IMG/VR virus record: IMGVR_UViG_3300026442_000101
Reading direction: 5' to 3' (one strand)
Length of the DNA: 64,000 nt
From: a virus
Taxonomy: Duplodnaviria > Caudoviricetes
Shown piece by piece: positions 18,715 to 29,307 of the stretch. Position 1 is the first letter of the stretch; each line of letters opens with the position of its first letter. Below the pieces are notes generated by a model. It saw only the letters and a program-made list of their open reading frames with translations, was not told the origin of the DNA and did not search any database. The translations under genes were made by a program, and so were the position numbers.

Positions 18715-21546
18715 TTACAGACCTGGGAACGTCGGATCGTCGGCGGCGTCACCGCCTTCGTTACCTTCGGTACCACCAGTTTCGTCAGCAGGCTTAGGTT
18801 CTTCAACCTCTTCCTCTTCAGGCTCAACTGGCTGTTCAGTTTCTTCTACCGGAGGAGTTTCTTCCTCATTGGCGAGTTCCTCGTTGCCGAGTTCGTCTTC
18901 GGTATTCTCCTGATCACCCATGTCTGGGACAGGAGCTTCTGCATCGAAGTCAGGTTCAGCTTCCTCTTCAGGCTGACCAATTTCGTTCAGAGCATCCTTT
19001 GTCATCTGATCGGCTTTCAGAGCACGTTCCTGACGCTTACGGTTCTTGTAAGCATCCTGCGCCACGATTTCCATGTAGTCAGACAGACCTGCCAGAAGCG
19101 CGCTTACGTGAGTCTTCATCTCTTCGTTCAGATTCATCAGAGGACTTCCATCCTCAGTGTTGACGAAGATATCCAGATCACGGAACAGACCACGCTCTCG
19201 CATCCAACGACGCAGCTCATGACCCTTGAGGGACGCGATTACGGTTGGGATGGATTCGCGGATGGTGTCGTTCATGTAACCGTGGAAGTACTCTTCCTGC
19301 ACGTAAGCCGGCAAGATGGTATCGAGCACGTCGGAGTAGTTCTTGTACATCTCGATCTGCTTGGTCATGTTATCCGACTCAGGAGCCGGCAGCTTCACAG
19401 TCAAGGTATTCAGGAACTCTTCGAGGAACGCTTCCGGATCTTCCTTGAATTCATCAGGCAGATCTTTGGTGTTGTTCTCGATGATCTCCATCAGCTGTTC
19501 GACCAAAGGACCGCTGTTGTACGTGAAGATACGCACGTAGTCAGTGATCATCGGGTTGGCCAGGTTCTGGAGCACCATGACGCGCTTGAGGAGCATCAGG
19601 CTGTTGCGCACGATGGTAGTCGCGAACTCAGGCTGGTTAGCGCCGTCGATCATCTCAGGCGTCAGGCTGAAGACACGCACCAAGTCAGAACGCAGACTTT
19701 CCAGCAGATCGGTATCCACGGGGTTGTACGAACTTTCCCGTGGCGTGATAGAGGTCTTCACCTCAGGATAACGAGGGTTACCCGACACGTTCACCGATAG
19801 CGCAGACATCTGCAGCTGTTCAGCCAAGCCCTGAATGCTGACGATACCAGTAGGGAACTGGTGATACGCCAGAGCCATCGCTTCGTTAGCCAGGAAGCTC
19901 ACTGTACCGACAGGATCGCCATCGTCCTCAGGGAGTTCGATGTTGATGTCCTTACCAGGAATGGCGTTCTTGGTAGCGCCGATGATGGAAGCTACGAGCA
20001 GGTTGGCGCGCATTGCTGCGAGCGACTTGGCATCTTCCAGGATGGATTTACCAATACCGTACTCGTTATAGTCGAAGGCCATGTAGACCATCAGCTCAGC
20101 AGGCACGTAAAGCATGGTGGTCTGCTGGTTCTTCATCGAACGCGAGAAGAGCAGGCGGTCAACGTGCTCGCTCTTGCTGATCTCCACATCGCCGCCTTGC
20201 AGGCCGGTCTTGATGCGGGCAATGATGTCGTGGTCGATGAACTCACCGTGCAGCTGGACCAGACGATCGATCAACTGGTTCGACGCATTTTGAATGCCGC
20301 CGTTCAGCGTTTCGTTCGCCATGTTCAGCAGTTCACCAGACACCTGGCTAGCCGAACCTACCTGACTATCGCCACCCACTGTCCCACGACGAATATCTTC
20401 GTAGAAATTCAAGCGACGGCTAAATGATAGCGGGAATCCATTTGCGTCGAGGATGATAATGTAGCCGATGTGGTTCGTCTCATCGCCTGGCACGCAGACC
20501 GGCATTACGGCCTCGATCGGGAGATGGTAAACCAGCGGATGACCTACGGTATCAGCGCCTGCTTGCTTGAGGGTCGGTACGACTTCCAGGCGGCTGCGTT
20601 TGACGCCCTGAGGAGCTCTGAAGAAACGGGAATAGATGTTGGAGGTATCGACCTCACCTTTCTTCCCGCCAGACTTCTTGTCGAGGACCGTATCGCCCTT
20701 GTCAGCCATCTCCTGACGTTCACGCGTTTGACGCTGCTTACGCCGAGACTCAAGCGAAGATTCGCCGTAGGCTGCACGCATCAGACGGGCACGCTTCTGT
20801 TCCTGCACCGCAGGCATACGCAGCGCAGCCAGGTTGTCAGTAACCTTGAACGGCAGAGTGACGGACTTCTGACCCTTCGACGCTTTGATGGTATGATAGT
20901 CCGCCATCTTGTCGCGGGTAATCGCCCTTCTGGAGGACTCCAGGCTGGCGTATGCGCCGTTTTTGGCAGTGGGGATGCGCAGGCCCAAGACACCCTTAGG
21001 TTTGAACCAATCGCCTTCCCATTCGCCACCGTAGCTCGCCACCGATTCCATCGAAGCATTGGAGTCAGTACCATTGATCATACGGTCGATGGACGCTTCA
21101 GGCAAGATCATGATAGCGTGTGCGCCGGACCAGACGAGCGCGTTGTCAATCCAATCGGGCACCTTCTTGTCGAGGTTCTGTTCTTCGACGTGGAACTTAT
21201 ACAGACCATCGACGAGCTGTGAGGTAAGCGCCGTGTCCGGCCCCGGCATGCCGTTGGCCATCACAAGCGACGTCGAAGAGAGGTCACCAGGCGCGACGAC
21301 CGCACTGACCAGGATGTCCTTGGCAAGCTTAAGGTCTGGCTGAATCTGGAAGATGTTGCGGATGTCAGTGGCGTCACGCAGAGTGCGACGTACCACACTG
21401 GCAATCGCAGTCATGTCGACGTTTTTCAGCTTACCATTACTGGGATCCGTTCTGTCGGTCACCAGTCGTCCAAGCAGGCGTTCGTCAGCCTCACTCAGAT
21501 TCCTGAACTGCGCAATCTTTTGCTGTGCGCGGTCATCGTTATCCAT
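18715..21546 (-). CDS. Portal protein (phiKZ gp129-like)
   Basis: 943 aa; size, acidic C-tail, GHPLVYHLPIEAVMPV..PG and YGIGKSILE motifs, synteny near capsid genes; ASMES/ASLES protease-type sites. Confidence 0.75.
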   Translation of the reverse strand: MDNDDRAQQKIAQFRNLSEADERLLGRLVTDRTDPSNGKLKNVDMTAIASVVRRTLRDATDIRNIFQIQPDLKLAKDILVSAVVAPGDLSSTSLVMANGMPGPDTALTSQLVDGLYKFHVEEQNLDKKVPDWIDNALVWSGAHAIMILPEASIDRMINGTDSNASMESVASYGGEWEGDWFKPKGVLGLRIPTAKNGAYASLESSRRAITRDKMADYHTIKASKGQKSVTLPFKVTDNLAALRMPAVQEQKRARLMRAAYGESSLESRRKQRQTRERQEMADKGDTVLDKKSGGKKGEVDTSNIYSRFFRAPQGVKRSRLEVVPTLKQAGADTVGHPLVYHLPIEAVMPVCVPGDETNHIGYIIILDANGFPLSFSRRLNFYEDIRRGTVGGDSQVGSASQVSGELLNMANETLNGGIQNASNQLIDRLVQLHGEFIDHDIIARIKTGLQGGDVEISKSEHVDRLLFSRSMKNQQTTMLYVPAELMVYMAFDYNEYGIGKSILEDAKSLAAMRANLLVASIIGATKNAIPGKDINIELPEDDGDPVGTVSFLANEAMALAYHQFPTGIVSIQGLAEQLQMSALSVNVSGNPRYPEVKTSITPRESSYNPVDTDLLESLRSDLVRVFSLTPEMIDGANQPEFATTIVRNSLMLLKRVMVLQNLANPMITDYVRIFTYNSGPLVEQLMEIIENNTKDLPDEFKEDPEAFLEEFLNTLTVKLPAPESDNMTKQIEMYKNYSDVLDTILPAYVQEEYFHGYMNDTIRESIPTVIASLKGHELRRWMRERGLFRDLDIFVNTEDGSPLMNLNEEMKTHVSALLAGLSDYMEIVAQDAYKNRKRQERALKADQMTKDALNEIGQPEEEAEPDFDAEAPVPDMGDQENTEDELGNEELANEEETPPVEETEQPVEPEEEEVEEPKPADETGGTEGNEGGDAADDPTFPGL

Positions 21547-21578
21547 CTACTCCTCTCCTTAAAGATCGGGGTCAAGTC

Positions 21579-23807
21579 ATGAATGCCTACTACAGGCTTT
21601 ACATCAAAGCGGTTCTAAAGCTTGCTGCGACACTCGTGATCAAGAGTAGCTACACAGCGCGGGCAATGAACGACTATCTAAAGTCGCTCGGCTACACCGT
21701 CGATCCTGACGACCCCTACAGCTGGAAGTACTACTTAAACCTCGCCGGGGAATATCACGAAAGCAACACAATGATGAAGGTCACCTCTCTGGATACCCAG
21801 GAGGAGATTGAATTCACCAAAGCTAACTTGCGCCTTCACCGGGCAACGGCAAAGGAATACACGTACGGCAATCGGTACTATCGCGACCTGGTCGCGGCGA
21901 ATCCAGATCAACAGTTGTTGATTAACGGGATCATCAACCCTGTCGATATCGAAATTTCGATATCAGCGAGTGACCATAATATCCTGTCCTACGACAGCAA
22001 GCTTGTGGAGCCCGCAGAACAGCAGCTGATCCCTGATCTGCAATGGTACATTACCAAGTATTTCGAACGTTACGACAACTCGGATTACGCGCTGTTTGAG
22101 CCGTATTACTACCCAGGTCTGCTCGGCGTCCTATATAGCAAACTGCCGACCGTCATCCTGATGAGTCGTAAGCGTGCGTGTAAGACCGATCGGGCCCACA
22201 GCTACCACATCCGTCAGTACCTGAACAGCTTCCATGCTGAGGTGGGTGCTGAGTTCGATTTCATGAGCCAGAAGCAGAAGTTGGCTCTGTATCGGAACAT
22301 CCTCTACCTCAACAGGAACATCGGACGCAAAGAGACGTTCGAATGGTTGACGCAGCGGATCTTGACGGATCGTGGTTTCTCTCTGGCGACGTACGACTTC
22401 GTACACTCCACGGAGAACATGCCGAAGAACCTCGTCCCTGACATCATCATGGACCGCTACCCGCTGAACGGCATTGCGCCTGCGTCAGGTAGCGACCGTA
22501 AGTCGGTGGGTGAGCTTCTGGATCTAGAGCTGCCGCTTGCTCGTGACAACATGGTTGCTCGAGACGATACCGAGATCGAAGCCACTGCTATCATGCAGAA
22601 GTCCCTCTGGGGCAAGCTTCCGACCAAGGTGCTCGAGTCCAACGTCATCGACCGCAGCGATGCTGAGCCGTTCACGCTGACCGAAGTATTGCTCAACCAC
22701 TGGATCTACCTGTCGCACTACGACCGGTTCAAGTCCGTGGTCCCGATCGTCAACCCTGCTAACGGCGACATCTTCAGGTTGTCGGTGAAGAACGCCTTCA
22801 TCTTCTATCTGTACGCCTATAACAAGGCGAACGATGTAACCATGACCAAGGTCCCGGTCATTGCAGCGAAACGCGTACGACGCATCCCAATGCCTACCAA
22901 GGCTGAGTTGCGTAACTTAGCTCCGCGCAGCCTCGTCCCTGATTACTACATCGACTACATTCTGGACACCCAGGTGGAAATCGGCACGTACATCAGTATC
23001 GAAGCGTTCCGCGAGATGTGCGTGCGTGTACAAAAGGTCATGATCGGCCACCGTGCCATGCGTCACTATAATGGTGACTACAAGGCAGAAGGTGCGCTGC
23101 ACACGATCATCGATCGCTGCTACATGGATATCCGGATCGACCTGGCTGATCAGATGGATTACGAGGTGTGGTTGAAGGACGTCGGCATCGACACTTCTTC
23201 CATGGGTCGTTTGGAATACGGCTTGATGGCGGCAGCTATCCTGAAGTCAGCCACTGGCGCTGACCTCGGTGACACTACCACCATGCGTCAAGTCCACGCC
23301 TCCATGCTCAGGATCATGAGAGCGCTGTCATCCTACTCCGTGCAGTACATCGCACAGATCAACGACAGTCCAATCAAGATCATCGACGGTAAGTTCCCGA
23401 AGCTCTCGATTCCTAAAGAGCATACGACGACTCACCTCGATATCGAGCTGGACATCCCGACCGTCCTCGAACAGTCTGCGTACGAGAAAGAGACGATCGA
23501 CATCCCTGTCCCGCCTACGTACGTAAGCGTCACTGCCAAAGCGCAGAACGCCACCATGCGTGTGCCTACGGACATCTGGACTCGGATCATCGGAGTGGGC
23601 GATCACCATGCGCCTATTCCATTGCAGACTCCGGCCATCAGCCTAAGGCAGCCAGCGGTAACCGACTTGAGTGAATTCACTCAGAGCGGCATTGCCGGTT
23701 ATCTACCAATCCCTGAGCGCGCCCTTACCGATCTCATCACTGCCGCCCGTCTCGACGGTTACGACAAGATGACAGATGCTAGACGTAAGGCGTTCCTCGG
23801 CATTTGA
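21579..23807 (+). CDS. Large baseplate/virion structural protein (phiKZ gp128-like)
   Basis: About 742 aa from ATG 21579; WKYYLNLAGEYH motif; divergent from portal. Confidence 0.65.
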   Translation: MNAYYRLYIKAVLKLAATLVIKSSYTARAMNDYLKSLGYTVDPDDPYSWKYYLNLAGEYHESNTMMKVTSLDTQEEIEFTKANLRLHRATAKEYTYGNRYYRDLVAANPDQQLLINGIINPVDIEISISASDHNILSYDSKLVEPAEQQLIPDLQWYITKYFERYDNSDYALFEPYYYPGLLGVLYSKLPTVILMSRKRACKTDRAHSYHIRQYLNSFHAEVGAEFDFMSQKQKLALYRNILYLNRNIGRKETFEWLTQRILTDRGFSLATYDFVHSTENMPKNLVPDIIMDRYPLNGIAPASGSDRKSVGELLDLELPLARDNMVARDDTEIEATAIMQKSLWGKLPTKVLESNVIDRSDAEPFTLTEVLLNHWIYLSHYDRFKSVVPIVNPANGDIFRLSVKNAFIFYLYAYNKANDVTMTKVPVIAAKRVRRIPMPTKAELRNLAPRSLVPDYYIDYILDTQVEIGTYISIEAFREMCVRVQKVMIGHRAMRHYNGDYKAEGALHTIIDRCYMDIRIDLADQMDYEVWLKDVGIDTSSMGRLEYGLMAAAILKSATGADLGDTTTMRQVHASMLRIMRALSSYSVQYIAQINDSPIKIIDGKFPKLSIPKEHTTTHLDIELDIPTVLEQSAYEKETIDIPVPPTYVSVTAKAQNATMRVPTDIWTRIIGVGDHHAPIPLQTPAISLRQPAVTDLSEFTQSGIAGYLPIPERALTDLITAARLDGYDKMTDARRKAFLGI

Positions 23808-23816
23808 GGATGCGTA

Positions 23817-24770
23817 ATGATCGCACCAGAATCGCTCCTCAGGATGCATCCGCTGGATGCCTTGAGGGCACAAATCGGGGAGCGCCTCAAGGCTCCCCTG
23901 CAAGCTAGCTACCTGAAGATCGATCCACCTAAAACGGTGAGTGGCGTCAAGACTTCCGTCCAAGTGTCCATCGACAAGAGTAAGGCTCCGATAGACCTGT
24001 GGGATCGAGTGGGCACGTTCCACTTCGAGTACGACAGGATTGATCTCACCGCCTTTACCTCCGGTCTGAACAAGACTGTCAGGTCGTCTCTACCGGTAAC
24101 TCCCCAGGCGTTGCTTAGCAAGCTCTTCTATCTTTACGGGATTCCGATCATTGATAGTGACCTCGTTGATGCACGGTACACCACGCTTGGGTCAGCAGAT
24201 GTAATCGCCGCTGATGAATCCTACCGTTGGGTGGGTGACACTCAGCTGACGATCGCCATGCTGGGCATTGAAATCCTTGGCCTGATCATGGTCAATACCT
24301 TCACGTTCTCGTTCACCGCCGATTGGCGTTCAGCAGATGTGAAGAACCGGATCACCACTCACCTAAACCTTGGCAACTCTGCTTCGCTACCGACGGCTGT
24401 GGTGGCTTCGATGTTCACGCTGGGTACGCCAGTAGTGAATGGTCCGGAAAGCGCTGGTAACAACACCAAGATCAAGCTTACCTTCAATGGCAGTCCGTAC
24501 GAAGGTTCTGTGGACGTCGTCTACGGTCGTCGCTCCTTCCCGGACACGTTCCGCTGGCCTGTGAAGATTACCAATCCGGTGATCGACACCTCGGCCTTGG
24601 CCCCAACGCTTTCGACGAAACTCGGTTGCCTGATCACGTCCGGTGATTTGAAGGCAGAACCTATCCCGGCAGTTTCGGTAGGACAGAAGGTTTCGTTCCC
24701 TGTCCACTTCAAAGAGACGTCTCTGGCATACGTGGGTTCGATCCTCATCGAATACACCCGGACGGCTTAA
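23817..24770 (+). CDS. Virion structural protein, YxRxD adaptor family (two units)
   Basis: FEYDRIDL and VVYGRRSF; same unit as the 41.8-54.5 kb array. Confidence 0.6.
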   Translation: MIAPESLLRMHPLDALRAQIGERLKAPLQASYLKIDPPKTVSGVKTSVQVSIDKSKAPIDLWDRVGTFHFEYDRIDLTAFTSGLNKTVRSSLPVTPQALLSKLFYLYGIPIIDSDLVDARYTTLGSADVIAADESYRWVGDTQLTIAMLGIEILGLIMVNTFTFSFTADWRSADVKNRITTHLNLGNSASLPTAVVASMFTLGTPVVNGPESAGNNTKIKLTFNGSPYEGSVDVVYGRRSFPDTFRWPVKITNPVIDTSALAPTLSTKLGCLITSGDLKAEPIPAVSVGQKVSFPVHFKETSLAYVGSILIEYTRTA

Positions 24771-24777
24771 GTCATAG

Positions 24778-25302
24778 ATGGAAACCACCATGTCTGAAAC
24801 GCTACGGTTATTGAAGTTCGATCCGGCCGTGGCATTGCTGATCATGGCCAACAATCAACTCAACACTAACCTGATGCCTCAGTACGCTGAGGTTAGTGCG
24901 CCCACTGCGCTTGACGAGCTTCTAACCAGCGTGGTGATCACCACGCATCCGTCTAATGACGATGGGATCTATCGCCGCCATACTGGCAGCATTACCTATC
25001 GTTATAATCGGATCCATGTGGCCGACATCTTCGGTACCATGCGGTTGGATCTGACGCCCCCGACTACGGTCGGCGGTGTGATGAAAAACCTCGCGAACGC
25101 TTCTGGTCTCGTTATCACCGATGATGACTTTGAGAACGGGTTGGTCACCGACAACTCATTCATACTGAAGGCTAAGCCTCAGTCACTGCGATGGGTTGGC
25201 GAGACGACAGTGATGCTGAACGACCCAGGTGAGGCAATCCAGCTTTCTGAAGCATTCCCAATCAACATTCTTGACGGCTTGTATCCACCAGTGTTTTCGT
25301 GA
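24778..25302 (+). CDS. Virion structural protein, YxRxD adaptor family
   Basis: YRYNRIHV...SLRWVG; C-terminal LSEAFPINILDGLYP. Confidence 0.6.
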   Translation: METTMSETLRLLKFDPAVALLIMANNQLNTNLMPQYAEVSAPTALDELLTSVVITTHPSNDDGIYRRHTGSITYRYNRIHVADIFGTMRLDLTPPTTVGGVMKNLANASGLVITDDDFENGLVTDNSFILKAKPQSLRWVGETTVMLNDPGEAIQLSEAFPINILDGLYPPVFS

Positions 25303-25325
25303 GATATGGGTGAAGGGGCCATGAG

Positions 25326-26360
25326 ATGGTATCGTACAGCGATCCAAGACTATCTCGTTTCAAGAAGAAGTCGAAAGACCTCTTGATCGATTATATCAAC
25401 TTCAAGAACAACCGAGGTTTCCGGCCTGACCAGATCCTCTTCGGTGTTCCTGAGATGGTAGATGAGAACACCGGCTTGACGCACGTCGAGCTCCAGTTCA
25501 AAGAAGAGCTGGGCTGGAGTCGGGACAAGGCTATCCTTGCCTACAAGCGTCTGGACATCAACCAGCTGATGGGCAATAAGCCAATCGTCCTACATGTGGC
25601 TGAAGAGACCGATGAAGCCATCTACGCGGCTCTCTTAGAGCAGTACGGCTGGTTGCTTGAGCCTGAGCTGGCTGACCTTGAAATCTCCTCTAGGGGCTTC
25701 GAGAGCGCTGCTAGCAACACCAACCTTGGTGGGTTCGAAGTAGAAGACAACAGCGAAGGGGAAGAGGTGATAGTGCCGCCTTACTTGGAGAACAGGAATT
25801 ACATCCTGACCTTCAAGCCTGAGAACCTGATGTACTACGGTGAGGTGAAGATCTTCACTCGCAAGAGCATCGAACTGCTTGGAACCACTATCGACTCACT
25901 CCTCGATCTGCGTGAGTTCTACGCAGACGGTAACTACGATCGTCCATTCGTTGACTTGTTCGGCGACGCTGGTGCGTTCTACGTGACCGATGAGAAGACT
26001 GGCGATAAGACTCGCCGGGCATGGGAAAGCATGCTTTACGAACTGACCGTTGAACAAACCATCGACGTAGGGAGCGGCTTCCCTAAATTGATGCAGCTAC
26101 TCACCGGCGATGAGTGGGTGATCTCTTCCGAGAAGGTTCCGTTTAACCTGAATGACGTAAAGGTCGTTTACAACGGCTTCGTCAGCAAGGACTACAGCGT
26201 ACCCGATCCTGCTTACAACTATGTTGTAGCGCTCGAGCTGGGTCCTCTGTGTGAAAACCTGCAAGGTATCTTCAAGATCGGCTATCGCTTTAGCGACTCG
26301 AGGACCCCAGGTAATCTCCCGTACGACCGTGCGTCCGTTCATCCACTCTTCACTCGTTAA
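25326..26360 (+). CDS. Virion structural protein, YxRxD adaptor family with C-terminal tip domain
   Basis: AYKRLDI; C-terminal YNYVVALELGPLCENLQG pattern shared with array members. Confidence 0.6.
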   Translation: MVSYSDPRLSRFKKKSKDLLIDYINFKNNRGFRPDQILFGVPEMVDENTGLTHVELQFKEELGWSRDKAILAYKRLDINQLMGNKPIVLHVAEETDEAIYAALLEQYGWLLEPELADLEISSRGFESAASNTNLGGFEVEDNSEGEEVIVPPYLENRNYILTFKPENLMYYGEVKIFTRKSIELLGTTIDSLLDLREFYADGNYDRPFVDLFGDAGAFYVTDEKTGDKTRRAWESMLYELTVEQTIDVGSGFPKLMQLLTGDEWVISSEKVPFNLNDVKVVYNGFVSKDYSVPDPAYNYVVALELGPLCENLQGIFKIGYRFSDSRTPGNLPYDRASVHPLFTR

Positions 26361-26369
26361 GGTACATCC

Positions 26370-27278
26370 ATGAATACGGTACAATCTACCGCCTACGGCC
26401 TCGAAGTAATGTTGCGCATGCTGTTCGGCCACCCGCCGGCCATGGATGCAAAGTCAACCATGAACGAGCGCCTCGACATCCTCGGCAACGCCCGCCCCAC
26501 TGCTACTGAAAAGATGCAGATGGGTATCCTCGTAGCCGGTAACAAAGGTCACGAAGTCACCATCGGTAACGGCGGTATCGGCCTGACGTCGATTCTGGAC
26601 CACATGGCTACCAACGCCTCGGTCTACAACCCAATGCCGTTCTGCATGCGTACCGTGGATGAAGACATCCCACTAGCCCAACGTGCCAAGTACGCGCTGC
26701 GCAAAGAAGTCACCGTCGGCGGTATCAACTACTACGCCTACTTCGGCCTGCGCCTGGCCATCGGCACCGATGATGTCCACATCGTCAAGAAGAAGATCAC
26801 TACCGAGGGCGATACTGTCATCGAAGAACCGTGGGCGCCTTCGACTTCGGACCTGTACCCAGATCCGATCCTGCTCCCGCAAACAGGCGCGGTTACCACC
26901 ACTGATGTGAAGATCCAGGTCTCCGCAATCACCACGGTGAAGCTCAACGCCAACGACATCGAAGAGTACATCAACGTCGCCAAGATCATGTACGGCGGCG
27001 ATGAGCGTTACGCGGTGCTCTCCGAGTTCGCGCTGTGCACCGGTGCTGACCGCACCGTCACCGTACAGTCGACCGCTGGTAACATCAACTTCGTTGAATC
27101 CATCGGCACCCAAGCGTTTGCGTACGCCGCAGACCACAAGGCTGTTTACTACAACTCGCAAGAACTGACGCTGGACTTCGATGTCGGCGCGCAAATCCCA
27201 CTCCTGGGCACTGCGTCTATCCCGACTCTCGAGACTATCGGCACCCTCGCCGCTAATCCGAACGAAGTCACGCCGTAA
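26370..27278 (+). CDS. Conserved phiKZ-like virion (baseplate-region) protein
   Basis: 302 aa; GNKGH, PFCMR..DEDI...R.KY.LRK pattern; strong codon bias. Confidence 0.6.
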   Translation: MNTVQSTAYGLEVMLRMLFGHPPAMDAKSTMNERLDILGNARPTATEKMQMGILVAGNKGHEVTIGNGGIGLTSILDHMATNASVYNPMPFCMRTVDEDIPLAQRAKYALRKEVTVGGINYYAYFGLRLAIGTDDVHIVKKKITTEGDTVIEEPWAPSTSDLYPDPILLPQTGAVTTTDVKIQVSAITTVKLNANDIEEYINVAKIMYGGDERYAVLSEFALCTGADRTVTVQSTAGNINFVESIGTQAFAYAADHKAVYYNSQELTLDFDVGAQIPLLGTASIPTLETIGTLAANPNEVTP

Positions 27279-27333
27279 GCTTGCCTGATATAAGGAGAGC
27301 GGTGTAACCTAATAGTTGCACCGCGACGCCGTT

Positions 27334-27918
27334 ATGATTACAATCAGCAGCAACGGTTGGACGTACCGGATTGTCGGTATCGACAACGGAACTAACACCG
27401 TGGGATTCGTGGTCATCGACCATAACCTGCGGACGGGCATCTCCACCGTCGTATTCGCAGAAACCATCACTGCTGATCGTTCCGCTTACCTCCGGTTTCC
27501 GGGTATCTCTGCTCACCGCAGTAAGTTGCATGCACGCTTGGCTACCATCAAGCCGTGGATCGCAGACCTGATGGAAGAGCACGACCCGGACATCGTTGGG
27601 TGTGAATCTCCGTTCGCCCACCTTGGCATCAATACTTACGCAACTCTGCTTAAGTCCATGGATGCTATCGAGGACGAGGTCTACGATTACAGGTCTACCA
27701 CTGACTTTGTAAAGATCCCACCGGGGAAAGCCAAGAAGGCCGTGTGTCCTCCTGGCGATTATAAGAACGATAAGGAATCCATCCGCCAATTCATCTTGAA
27801 GGATGAACGAATAGTCGCTGGTTCGGGCATTGTACTCGACCGGTTAGACGAGCACTGCATTGATGGGATTGCAGTGGCTAGATGTTTGGCGCTTGATGCT
27901 GCCCGCGCGTTCGCTTAG
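27334..27918 (+). CDS. ruvC: RuvC-like Holliday junction resolvase
   Basis: IVGIDNGTNTVGF, VGCESPF, P..AKKAV, HCIDGIAVA acidic tetrad; start 27334 or 27316. Confidence 0.85.
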   Translation: MITISSNGWTYRIVGIDNGTNTVGFVVIDHNLRTGISTVVFAETITADRSAYLRFPGISAHRSKLHARLATIKPWIADLMEEHDPDIVGCESPFAHLGINTYATLLKSMDAIEDEVYDYRSTTDFVKIPPGKAKKAVCPPGDYKNDKESIRQFILKDERIVAGSGIVLDRLDEHCIDGIAVARCLALDAARAFA

Positions 27919-27994
27919 AGCAAGGAGTCAGGGCTAATAACATGGAGTGTAATGGCTCCATGATATCACAACACAACATCATCTGGGGGTTCTT

Positions 27995-28405
27995 ATGAAC
28001 GTGAAGGATGCTATCGATCTGATGGCTAGGAACCCGGCGGTGGGCTTTCCTTGGGAACCGACCTTGGTCAATCTGGTCAACGGTTTTCTTCCCTCAGGTT
28101 GCCAGTTGGACCCACACACCGCAGAGGCTCTGGAAATCCAGAACGCTATCGATAGCTTGGATGCCTCGATCCAGGAGATGGTCCTCACCTCAAGTATAGG
28201 CGCGGCCAATGTAGCTGCGTCGGTGCCAACACCGTCGATCCCTGCTCCAAAGCAATCTAAAGCGGATCTGCAGAAGTGGGCTGGTTTCCTCGTCTGCATC
28301 TTTGCCTTGTCGATCGCCGCGAAAATTGGCGATGGTGCCATTGTGCTCGAGATCATTAAGGTCTTCGCGCCATTGTTGGGTGTTGATCTCCCTTCTGGGC
28401 AGTAA
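27995..28405 (+). CDS. Membrane protein with C-terminal hydrophobic segments
   Basis: 136 aa; WAGFLVCIFALSIAAKIG..IVLEIIKVFAPLLG. Confidence 0.55.
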   Translation: MNVKDAIDLMARNPAVGFPWEPTLVNLVNGFLPSGCQLDPHTAEALEIQNAIDSLDASIQEMVLTSSIGAANVAASVPTPSIPAPKQSKADLQKWAGFLVCIFALSIAAKIGDGAIVLEIIKVFAPLLGVDLPSGQ

Positions 28406-28406
28406 A

Positions 28407-28447
28407 CAGCATAGAGCCCCGGGATGACTCCCGGGGTTTTATGCCGC
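28407..28447. terminator. Bidirectional hairpin with GCATA/TATGC flanks
   Basis: cagcata-gagccccggg-atgac-tccccggggtt-ttatgccg between convergent genes. Confidence 0.75.
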
Positions 28448-28660
28448 TCAGCCGCGGTGACCAATGGTCCCGACGTTGAAGATACGACGTACACATTCCT
28501 TACCGACGCGATGCGTGGCCATCGAAGTTTTCCGCAGGCGCTCGATATACACCGACCAGAGGGCCATTAATTCACGCTCGGCACGAGGGTAAGTAACGCT
28601 AGACACTTCACCGCTATTCGCCGCTCGAATAGCCAGACTCAACTTAGACGCATAGGCCAT
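28448..28660 (-). CDS. Small hypothetical protein
   Basis: 70 aa; GGAGG RBS; coupled to CYTH gene. Confidence 0.55.
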   Translation of the reverse strand: MAYASKLSLAIRAANSGEVSSVTYPRAERELMALWSVYIERLRKTSMATHRVGKECVRRIFNVGTIGHRG

Positions 28661-28662
28661 GA

Positions 28663-29307
28663 TCAGTCCTCCACATGGACGTTAGTCGAACGGAAGTACT
28701 TCTCGTACAGCTCACCAACCTTTTCGTTGATGCCGTTCGTATTGGCTTCTTTGGCCGCTGGCGTGACGATGAGGATTTCGTCATACTTGAACGGAATATC
28801 ACCCGCTTCGAGCACAGTTCCTTGAGGAAGCTCAGCATCCACCTTAACCCACGGTACCAACTCACCACGCTTGTTGTAGAAGACGTCCAGTTCGAACTTG
28901 AAGCGGATATCTTTATCTTCCAGCGTGGAGTCGACGAAGTAACGTGTCTTGATCAGCCCCTGGTCAGCGAGCAGTTTGAACTGGTTGAAACGAGTGACCG
29001 TAGTCAGCAGGTTATCTTCCAGCTTACCTTCCGCACCTTGGCTGGTCTTACAGGTTTCTTCGTACGAGGTGTTACCGTCAACAGTATCGGTCCTACGAAC
29101 GCGTATGTTGCCGCTGGAAGCGTTTTTGTCAGTCTTGGGGATGTAGATACCCCATTGCTCCTGACCCTCGTGTCCGGTCGCCTTTGCCTTGATCTCGTCG
29201 ATGTCGTAACCGAGCAGATAGACTTCGTTCTCGTATTCGATGCCGGAGGATTCAAAACTTTCCTCACTCTCACCGTCAACGAATGCCAGTTTTTCAATAA
29301 GAGACAT
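28663..29307 (-). CDS. CYTH-superfamily (triphosphate tunnel) enzyme
   Basis: EYENEVY, IRVRR, TCK, KTRYF, FELDVF, VKVDAEL motif order; start at ATG 29307 after GAGGTG. Confidence 0.75.
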   Translation of the reverse strand: MSLIEKLAFVDGESEESFESSGIEYENEVYLLGYDIDEIKAKATGHEGQEQWGIYIPKTDKNASSGNIRVRRTDTVDGNTSYEETCKTSQGAEGKLEDNLLTTVTRFNQFKLLADQGLIKTRYFVDSTLEDKDIRFKFELDVFYNKRGELVPWVKVDAELPQGTVLEAGDIPFKYDEILIVTPAAKEANTNGINEKVGELYEKYFRSTNVHVED

